Positions 57,115 to 64,000 of a stretch of DNA of 64,000 bases are shown one piece after another. Below the pieces are notes generated by a model, which searched no databases, was not told where the DNA came from, and saw nothing but the letters and a program-made list of their open reading frames with translations. Position 1 is the first letter of the stretch; each line of letters begins with the position of its first letter. The DNA is taken from NCBI GenBank assembly GCA_015065455.1, contig SVQI01000002.1, positions 92,042 through 156,041 on the forward strand, read 5' to 3'. The position numbers and the translations under genes were made by a program. Origin of the DNA: Oscillospiraceae bacterium (GTDB lineage: Bacteria > Bacillota > Clostridia > Oscillospirales > CAG-272).

Positions 57115-57158
57115 GCCTCTATCATATAATGGAAGAAAAAACTATATCAGAGGGAATT

Positions 57159-57587
57159 ATGAAAAACACAAAAAACATCTGTTTGCCTACATATAAAAAA
57201 CAACAGGAGAAAAACACCGTAAGATACGAAAACACTCCTATTGCACATATTTTTTATAATATACTGTCTATTGACGGTGAAAATACCGTATGCAAAAAAA
57301 TCGGTATGTTTTACAAACGAATGATCGAAAACTTTACAAAATGGGTGGATATTGACTTTGAAAAATACGCAAAAAACGAATATCTGTCTGACACAAACCC
57401 AAGAAAAAAGTTTCGATACGTTCCCTTTTCACTTGTTATTGATATGACAGCGGAAATAAAAGAAAACATATTTTTAGAAGTTACAACCAAAGTAACTCTC
57501 TCAAAAAAGAAGAACTTTATATCGGAGAAAAAACTGTTTCATATATGGAACTTAAAAAACGGTACTCTGCGGGTAGTAAAAAAATAA
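57159..57587 (+). CDS. hypothetical protein
   Basis: Start moved to ATG 57159 (RBS AGAGGGA) because the ORF-track start lies inside the upstream terminator. No family recognised. Confidence 0.45.
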   Translation: MKNTKNICLPTYKKQQEKNTVRYENTPIAHIFYNILSIDGENTVCKKIGMFYKRMIENFTKWVDIDFEKYAKNEYLSDTNPRKKFRYVPFSLVIDMTAEIKENIFLEVTTKVTLSKKKNFISEKKLFHIWNLKNGTLRVVKK

Positions 57588-57662
57588 CGTATTTTTTGAC
57601 TTATTGTAACTTTTACTTTTTTGTGATATAATGTATCCATCAAAAGAACGAGGTACTAAAAA

Positions 57663-58868
57663 ATGCGTGATTTTTTTCGTAATTATGACCCAATATTTTT
57701 TGTATCGCATATTGATGGGGATTGTATTAACGATACAGAAGGAAAACTCGACGGAGACGCCCTATACGTTACTGCAACAGTGAAGGCTGCAGGAAATGCA
57801 GTCATAACCATAAACGGAATCTATGCTGTCTATAATGCAGAAGAACGTTCATATTCAGCCATAGTCCCTCTTTATAACTACAGAAATACTCTTTATGCCA
57901 TTGACAGTAAAAACGGTCATCGCGCCGAAATCGTAGTGTACAGATTAAAAAACGCAACAAACAAATACTATTTTACTGTTGATGACTGCATTGTTTTCCT
58001 CTATGATTTAAACAAACACTCCGAAAAATACAATTCTCTTTTTGACCATCCGTTTCTTGCCCCTTTTAAAAAGGCAAACGAACTTTACGGAGCACACGTA
58101 CATTTGAATTTGTATTACGAATACAACGATGAGTCGGCGGCAGATTTTTCTGAACATAAAGAATATTTTAATCTCTCAATGATGACCGACAACTACCGTC
58201 AGGAATGGGAAAATAATTCCGATTGGCTTACACTTTCATACCACGCTCATGCAAACTATCCCAATATGCCAAACAAGCACCAGAGCGCGTCATTTATTTC
58301 CGATTCGATGAGAATGGTACATAAAGAGATAATTCGATTTGCTGGAGAAAAATCACTCAATAAAGTAACGACTATACATTGGGGTAACGGATACCTCGAG
58401 CAGCTCAGAGCCTTTCGTGAGGGTGGGTATCTGATACAATTTGCCTCTTTCAGACAAATGAACAATGACGAACCGTACCTCTCCTACTACGGCAGAGACG
58501 GACTTTCTGCATACCTCAGAGGAAGCGGCTTTGACGCCTATAACCGAGTTTCAGAGGCAAAAGACGCTTACAAAGGCAGAGACGTATGGAAAGATAACAA
58601 AGAGGATATATATTACTGTCACACCGATATGGTACTCAACAACAATAAAGGTATTCCCACAGAAGATATTGAAAGTTGGCTTGATAAACATATTGAATCA
58701 CGTGGAAGCATCGGGGTATTAGGTCTTATGATACACGAAGAATATTTTTATCCCGACTATAAAAATTATATTCCCGACTGTGCAGAAAGAATCCTCAAAG
58801 CAATCAAGCACGTTTACGATAAAGGCTACAGAAGCTGTCCTATTGAAGATATAGTTCTTGAATACTGA
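57663..58868 (+). CDS. hypothetical protein (weak NodB/deacetylase-like hints only)
   Basis: 401 aa, cytoplasmic-looking. The TVDDC and YHAHAN segments faintly recall polysaccharide-deacetylase motifs but are unverified. An extended -10 TGaTATAAT lies at 57624-57632. Confidence 0.45.
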   Translation: MRDFFRNYDPIFFVSHIDGDCINDTEGKLDGDALYVTATVKAAGNAVITINGIYAVYNAEERSYSAIVPLYNYRNTLYAIDSKNGHRAEIVVYRLKNATNKYYFTVDDCIVFLYDLNKHSEKYNSLFDHPFLAPFKKANELYGAHVHLNLYYEYNDESAADFSEHKEYFNLSMMTDNYRQEWENNSDWLTLSYHAHANYPNMPNKHQSASFISDSMRMVHKEIIRFAGEKSLNKVTTIHWGNGYLEQLRAFREGGYLIQFASFRQMNNDEPYLSYYGRDGLSAYLRGSGFDAYNRVSEAKDAYKGRDVWKDNKEDIYYCHTDMVLNNNKGIPTEDIESWLDKHIESRGSIGVLGLMIHEEYFYPDYKNYIPDCAERILKAIKHVYDKGYRSCPIEDIVLEY

Positions 58869-58881
58869 AAAACAAATACAA

Positions 58882-58915
58882 AACCCGCCTTACGCATTCA
58901 TGCGTAAGGCGGGTT
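58882..58915. terminator. bidirectional hairpin between convergent genes
   Basis: 15-bp stem AACCCGCCTTACGCA/TGCGTAAGGCGGGTT. Confidence 0.7.
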
Positions 58916-58919
58916 AATT

Positions 58920-60203
58920 CTATTCGTATATTTTTTCAAGGGCTGTTCTGACGTCTCCGTACATATAAAGAGTACCAAGTGCAACAAGCGGTCTTCCCTG
59001 CTCCTTTGATGCTTCAAGGGCTGCTCTTACGCCCTCTTCGATTGTATCAAATGCAGTAGCTTTAATTCCGAATTTGTTGTAATAATCGGCGTAGGTCTTA
59101 CTATCCATAGAACGAGGATTATCGGGAATAACGGTAAACACCTCATTTGCAATCTCTCTCACTGTAGGCAACATTTCATCGACATTCTTATCCTTCATAA
59201 CGCCCGAAATTATATTTACCTTTTGATCTCCAAAAAACCTTTTTACACTGTCAACACAACCGCGAAGCCCCTCAGGGTTATGCGCACCGTCATAAATCAT
59301 AAGCGGATCCTTGTTTATAATTTCAAATCTTGCAGGCCAGTATACTTTCTTAAGTCCCTCTCTTAACGCATCTTCGGTTATATTATATCCAATGTTCTTC
59401 AAAACACCGATACATTTCAATGCAGTTGCAATATTTGACGGCTGGTAATCACCCACGAGCGAGACAAATAGCTTTTTGTATTCGTCGGTATCAAAACTAC
59501 AACCATAGAGAGAAAACTCAACATCGTCAAGCTCGTTTTCCGAGGCTGTGTACAAGGTAGAATTATTAGACTTTGCAATTTTTTCTATAACTTCATAGGC
59601 TTCAATACTTTTTCCTCCAAAAACAACAGGACGACCATTCTTTATTATTCCTGCTTTTTCAGCCGCTATTTCGCCTATAGTATTGCCGAGATATGCAGTA
59701 TGATCAAGAGCTATTCCTGTTATTACCGACAACTCTGTAGAAGTAATAATATTAGTTGAATCAAGCCGTCCGCCCATTCCCGTTTCAAGAACGACTATAT
59801 CGCACTTATTTCTGCTGAAATACTCAAAAGCGATTGCCGTTATCAGCTCAAATTCAGTCGGAACGTCTTCCATCTTATCCGCAAACCGCTTTACGTATTC
59901 AGTTATTTCAGACAATTCAGCATTCGATATCATCTCACCGTCTATTGCCATTCTCTCGTTAAAATAACGGACAAATGGCGATGTATACAGTCCCGTTTTA
60001 TATCCCGCTTCTCTTAAAACAGAAGAAAGCATTGAACAAACCGAACCCTTGCCGTTTGTTCCTGCAACGTGCACGTATTTCGTGTTATTCTGAGGGTTCC
60101 CCATCATTTCAAGGAGTTTTTCCGTTCTCTCAAGTCCGGGTCTGCTACCCTTCCAACATACCGAATGAATATATTCTAACGTTTCTTTATAATTCATAAC
60201 CAA
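58920..60203 (-). CDS. folC: bifunctional folylpolyglutamate synthase / dihydrofolate synthase
   Basis: 427 aa with the P-loop HVAGTNGKGS (Mur ligase family). Confidence 0.92.
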   Translation of the reverse strand: MVMNYKETLEYIHSVCWKGSRPGLERTEKLLEMMGNPQNNTKYVHVAGTNGKGSVCSMLSSVLREAGYKTGLYTSPFVRYFNERMAIDGEMISNAELSEITEYVKRFADKMEDVPTEFELITAIAFEYFSRNKCDIVVLETGMGGRLDSTNIITSTELSVITGIALDHTAYLGNTIGEIAAEKAGIIKNGRPVVFGGKSIEAYEVIEKIAKSNNSTLYTASENELDDVEFSLYGCSFDTDEYKKLFVSLVGDYQPSNIATALKCIGVLKNIGYNITEDALREGLKKVYWPARFEIINKDPLMIYDGAHNPEGLRGCVDSVKRFFGDQKVNIISGVMKDKNVDEMLPTVREIANEVFTVIPDNPRSMDSKTYADYYNKFGIKATAFDTIEEGVRAALEASKEQGRPLVALGTLYMYGDVRTALEKIYE

Positions 60204-60735
60204 TCGCTCTTTTCAATCCGCTTTTTATAGCTTTATTATTTAAAAGTACTGTCAGGATAACATATTCTACTATTGCAGTCAAAAAATATGTTATGCCTCT
60301 TTCGATAAGCAAAATATTAAACTTCATACCAAACATTTGCGATAGCACAATTGTTTTTATAATTACGTTTCCCAAAAAATGAGCCGTAAACGTTGGTATC
60401 AATATTGCAATCCTTGTTCTTTTCGAAAACTTATATACAATTCCCGCAATTATTCCCACACACATAGAAGCTAAGGTTATAAAAGGATTTACGGCATACC
60501 CTCTGAAAAGACACCCGATAAGGTCTGCTGCAATTCCAACCATTCCTCCCATAAAAGGACCCATAGTTATTCCGCTAAAAATAATTGGGAAGTTTTCAAG
60601 GCTTATTCTCAAAACGTCCATCGACGGTGCAATAAGCTTCATTACTCCGCTTATAGCGCACAGAAGCGCAGAAAAAACCAATATTTTTACTCTTCCGAAC
60701 AACATAGCATTATTCTTTTTACTATCTTTTTTCAT
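60187..60735 (-). CDS. folT: folate-family ECF transporter S component
   Basis: 182 aa with 6 TM helices. It sits directly behind a THF riboswitch and overlaps folC by 17 nt. Confidence 0.8.
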   Translation of the reverse strand: MKKDSKKNNAMLFGRVKILVFSALLCAISGVMKLIAPSMDVLRISLENFPIIFSGITMGPFMGGMVGIAADLIGCLFRGYAVNPFITLASMCVGIIAGIVYKFSKRTRIAILIPTFTAHFLGNVIIKTIVLSQMFGMKFNILLIERGITYFLTAIVEYVILTVLLNNKAIKSGLKRAIGYEL

Positions 60736-60807
60736 AAAAAAACCTCCTCACATTGTGCATTCCAAAGCCACAAAAATGAGGAGCAATAAAGACAGCTCAT
60801 ATATGCA

Positions 60808-60906
60808 ACAGCGGGATGCGGCAAACGAACCGCAACATCTACTGCTTTCGTCCAACTGACAACTCCCTGTTCAGCCGGCACTTAACGCTCGTTCACCTAC
60901 TCTGTG
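60808..60906 (-). promoter_or_regulatory. THF (tetrahydrofolate) riboswitch
   Basis: The minus strand reads ACAGAGUAGGUGAACGAGCGUUAAGUGCCGG...GGGAGUUGUC...GACGAAAGC...GCCGCAUCCCGCUGU. It contains the conserved AGAGUAG, GCGUUAAGUG, ACGAA.GC and GCAUCC.GCU blocks of the class. Downstream, CTCCTCA can pair with the RBS TGAGGAGG. Confidence 0.85.
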
Positions 60907-60914
60907 TCAGGTAC

Positions 60915-60943
60915 ATAGTATCACATTATGTAATTTTTTGCAA
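60915..60943 (-). promoter_or_regulatory. sigma-A promoter for the riboswitch-folT-folC transcript
   Basis: Minus strand: TTGCAA, 17-nt spacer, TACTAT. The -10 ends about 8 nt before the riboswitch P1. Confidence 0.6.
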
Positions 60944-61067
60944 TAGGTATAATAAATATTGTTATACTTATTTTAATAGTTTTTGTTATATAGTATTATA
61001 TATTGACAATCAACGTCTGTTAATGTACAATTTTATGAGAATATTTATAATTAATCAGGGTAAAAAA

Positions 61068-61592
61068 ATGAGTAAAAACAATAATATTATTCTTATAGGT
61101 ATGCCTGGTTCAGGAAAAAGCACAGTCGGTGTTCTTTTTGCTAAAAATATGAACTACCGTTTTTTAGACGTTGATTTTCTTATTCAAGAACACGAAGGAA
61201 AGAGACTGTACGAGGTTATTGAAGAAAAAGGAAATGACTATTTTCTTGAGATTGAAGACGAAATAAACAGCAGTCTGAACGTCGAAAGAACCGTTATTTC
61301 AACAGGCGGAAGCGTTGTGTACTGCGAAAACGCGATGAAACACTTAAAAACGCTCGGAACAGTTATTTATATTAAAGTCCCCGAAAAAGAAATCGAAAGA
61401 AGAATTACCAATTTTTCAACCAGAGGCATTATAATTAAATCGGGCAATACTCTTCAACAGCTATATGACGAGAGGGCTCCTCTTTACGAAAAATATGCTG
61501 ACCTTACGGTTTTATGCGATGAAAAAGAGCTTCAGTATAATGCAGACAAAATGGTAAAAGAATACGAAAAATATATAAACCCTATAAAATAA
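61068..61592 (+). CDS. aroK: shikimate kinase
   Basis: 174 aa starting MSKNNNIILIGMPGSGKSTVG. The 84-codon upstream extension in the ORF track crosses the riboswitch and promoter and is rejected. Confidence 0.9.
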   Translation: MSKNNNIILIGMPGSGKSTVGVLFAKNMNYRFLDVDFLIQEHEGKRLYEVIEEKGNDYFLEIEDEINSSLNVERTVISTGGSVVYCENAMKHLKTLGTVIYIKVPEKEIERRITNFSTRGIIIKSGNTLQQLYDERAPLYEKYADLTVLCDEKELQYNADKMVKEYEKYINPIK

Positions 61593-61614
61593 TAAAAGTT
61601 ACGGAGTTGATGTT

Positions 61615-62682
61615 ATGATAAAGGTTGCAATAATCGGTTGCGGAATGATAGCAAATACGGAGCATATTCCTTCATATTTAAACTGCCCCGACGTTGAAAT
61701 TAAATACTTTTGCGATATAATTCCGGAGAAAGCGGAAGCAGCCGTTGAAAAATACTCATGCGGTATTGCCGTTACAGATTACCGAGAAATACTTGACGAC
61801 CCTGAAATTGACGCAGTATCCATCTGCACACCAAACAAAGTTCACTCAACGATAGCTATTGATTTTTTAAAGGCAAACAAGAACGTTTTATGCGAAAAGC
61901 CTGCTGCAATTAACCTCGAACAAGCACTAAAAATGCAGGAAGCCCAGCACGAAACGGGAAAGATACTCAATATCGGCGTTGTAAACAGATTTGATAAATC
62001 GGTCAACAAGATTAAAGAAATGATAGAAAAAGGACTTCTCGGCAACGTGTATCACGTGTATGCATCATTTCGCGCACACAGAGCAATCCCCGGTCTTGGC
62101 GGTGCTTTTACCACAAAAGCCCTTTCGGGCGGCGGTGCTTTGATTGACTGGGGAATTCATTACATAGACATAGTAATGTACTGTTGCGGCGACCCTGCAC
62201 CGAAATCTGTATCCGGAGACACATTCTGTTATCTTGGCAAAGACATTCCAAACTACGTATATAGAAAAATGTGGTCAGGACCTCCCGTACTTGACGGAAT
62301 TTACGACGTTGAAGATTCAATGACGGGAATCATCAGAACAGAGGGACCAACAATTTCACTTCACGGCGCGTGGGCTCAGAATATAGGCAAAAACGAAAAC
62401 TATATTGACTTTATGGGTGACAAGGGCGGTATTCGTCTGAATTACGCAACAAAAGAGTTTACGTACTACACAACAAAGGACGGAGCGCTTACTGAAGAAA
62501 CTTATCAAACTGACAGAACCCTGGTGTTTGACGAGATGTTCCAAAATGAGATAAACGCTTTTGTCGAATGTGTAAAAAAGGGAGAAAAAATATCCTCACA
62601 CATCGATAACGTTATAAAATCAGCAAAAATAATTCAGGCAATTTATGATTCGTCCGAAAGAAAAGAAGAAATAATACTATAA
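61615..62682 (+). CDS. Gfo/Idh/MocA family oxidoreductase
   Basis: 355 aa with Rossmann N-terminus IKVAIIGCGMIA and the EKP motif (VLCEKPAA). Confidence 0.88.
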   Translation: MIKVAIIGCGMIANTEHIPSYLNCPDVEIKYFCDIIPEKAEAAVEKYSCGIAVTDYREILDDPEIDAVSICTPNKVHSTIAIDFLKANKNVLCEKPAAINLEQALKMQEAQHETGKILNIGVVNRFDKSVNKIKEMIEKGLLGNVYHVYASFRAHRAIPGLGGAFTTKALSGGGALIDWGIHYIDIVMYCCGDPAPKSVSGDTFCYLGKDIPNYVYRKMWSGPPVLDGIYDVEDSMTGIIRTEGPTISLHGAWAQNIGKNENYIDFMGDKGGIRLNYATKEFTYYTTKDGALTEETYQTDRTLVFDEMFQNEINAFVECVKKGEKISSHIDNVIKSAKIIQAIYDSSERKEEIIL

Positions 62683-62688
62683 TATAAA

Positions 62689-62724
62689 AACAGAAGAACT
62701 TAAAATCAGTTCTTCTGTTTTTTT
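62689..62724 (+). terminator. intrinsic terminator
   Basis: 12-bp hairpin AACAGAAGAACT/AGTTCTTCTGTT followed by T7. Confidence 0.9.
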
Positions 62725-62779
62725 CGATATTGACATAACAGATTAAAAAATGTATAATTGCAACAAGAGGAGGGATCAT

Positions 62780-64000
62780 ATGAGCAATCAACCTTTGGCT
62801 GATAGAATCAGACCGCAGTCATTTTCGGAAATGGTAGGTCAGAAGCACCTATTCGGTGAAAACGGCGCCATTACACGAATGGATAAAAATAATTATATAA
62901 CAAATATGATTTTCTACGGTCCTCCAGGAACGGGTAAAACGACCGCAGCAAACATAATTGCTAAAAAAAGCGGAATGAAGTTGTATTCTCTCAACGCTAC
63001 GTCGGCTTCCCTTAATGACGTACGCGATATTATTTCACAAACGGGTACGCTTTTCGGCTCGAGCGGAATACTCCTCTACCTCGACGAAATACAGTATTTT
63101 AACAAAAAACAACAGCAGTCCCTTCTTGAATATATGGAAGACGGCAGAATTACACTCATCGCTTCAACAACAGAAAATCCGTTCTTCTACATATATAATT
63201 CGATTCTTTCGCGTTCTGCCGTATTTGAATTCAAATCGGTTACAAAAGAAGATATGCTTCCTGCGCTGACAAGAGGACTGCAGATACTAAATAAAGAAAC
63301 AAATAAGAATATTACTGCTAACGACGCATCGCTCTTGCAAATTGCAAAATGTGCGGGTGGTGACGTAAGACGCGCACTCAACACTCTTGAAAACGTTTAT
63401 ATGACTGCAGATACGGAAATTACTACGGATATTATAGACGCTTTTGTTCCCGAGGCAATGTCAGTGTATGACAGACACGGTGACGCGCATTACGATATGC
63501 TTTCCGCCCTTCAGAAATCGATCAGAGGAAGCGACCCCGATGCAGCAATCTTCTATCTTGTGAAGCTTCTTGAAAACGGCGATATGATCTCGGCTTGCAG
63601 AAGGCTTCAGGTTATTGCAAGTGAAGATATAGGCCTTGCATATCCGTTAGCTCCCGTTATGGTAAAGAGTTGTATTGACAGCGCATTTAACGTCGGTATG
63701 CCCGAAGCGCGTATCCCGCTTGCAAATGCCACGGTGTTCTTGGCAACATGTCCGAAATCCAACAGCGCATATACAGCATACGCACTTGCAAAAGAAGATA
63801 TCGAAAAAGGAAACGGAAACTCTGTCCCCAGACTTTTCCAAAGCAGATATCACGATGAATATAAATACCCTCACGATTATCCCGATCACTACGTAGAACA
63901 GAAATACCTTCCCGATGACGCCACAGGTAATTACTATACGTTCGGCGATAATAAGCAAGAACAGGCGGCAAAGGCATATTGGGATATAATAAAAAAACGT
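62780..64000 (+). CDS. rarA: replication-associated recombination protein A (AAA+ ATPase), 3'-truncated by window end
   Basis: RBS GAGGAGGG. N-terminus MSNQPLADRIRPQSFSEMVGQKHL, Walker A GPPGTGKTT, and an open frame to position 64000. Confidence 0.9.
   Translation, partial: MSNQPLADRIRPQSFSEMVGQKHLFGENGAITRMDKNNYITNMIFYGPPGTGKTTAANIIAKKSGMKLYSLNATSASLNDVRDIISQTGTLFGSSGILLYLDEIQYFNKKQQQSLLEYMEDGRITLIASTTENPFFYIYNSILSRSAVFEFKSVTKEDMLPALTRGLQILNKETNKNITANDASLLQIAKCAGGDVRRALNTLENVYMTADTEITTDIIDAFVPEAMSVYDRHGDAHYDMLSALQKSIRGSDPDAAIFYLVKLLENGDMISACRRLQVIASEDIGLAYPLAPVMVKSCIDSAFNVGMPEARIPLANATVFLATCPKSNSAYTAYALAKEDIEKGNGNSVPRLFQSRYHDEYKYPHDYPDHYVEQKYLPDDATGNYYTFGDNKQEQAAKAYWDIIKKR

Noticed and set aside
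60816-61067. 84-codon N-terminal extension of the aroK ORF in the six-frame track.
   Set aside because: It runs antisense through the THF riboswitch and its promoter. The canonical shikimate kinase N-terminus with the P-loop begins at ATG 61068.

Overview
This is a 64-kb chromosomal window from a low-GC, spore-forming Firmicute. The gene content looks like Clostridia, but taxonomy cannot be confirmed without a database search. I call about 62 protein-coding genes, 2 tRNAs (Gln-CUG, Ser-GCU), 1 THF riboswitch, several sigma-A-type promoters and many intrinsic terminators. I found no rRNA, CRISPR array or intact mobile element. Most of the window is housekeeping: spoVAD-spoVAE, mscS-like, guaB, relQ-type alarmone synthetase, galE, rplU-prp-rpmA, folD, lgt, an M16 peptidase pair, spoIID, dusB, a purine permease, mutS2, recO-era-ybeY-phoH-yqfD-yqfC, ylbJ, DUF3343 plus cysteine desulfurase, metY, glnS-gltX, trmL, ddh, trmO, comEC, lrp, folC-folT, aroK and rarA. 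The clear accessory region is 42.6-53.6 kb. It holds a tightly packed operon with two SipW-type signal peptidases and six secreted proteins. Five of these carry a SipW-dependent (TasA/CalY/BsaA-like) signal. One of the five is a 936-aa fusion to a beta-helix-like repeat region, and another has a Thr/Pro-rich tandem-repeat stalk. The sixth has a normal signal peptide plus a clostridial (S/P)PxTG sortase signal. The operon is flanked by a decayed XRE regulator gene and a polytopic GT-C-like membrane protein. Non-coding observations include a four-copy two-hairpin intergenic repeat family with variable loops, a GC-rich inverted-repeat-bounded mini-element next to a duplicated tRNA-Gln 3' end, tRNA-Ser-like direct repeats, and an unassigned structured GC-rich leader upstream of the DUF3343-desulfurase genes. 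All protein family calls rest on motifs read from the translations. None has been verified by search.
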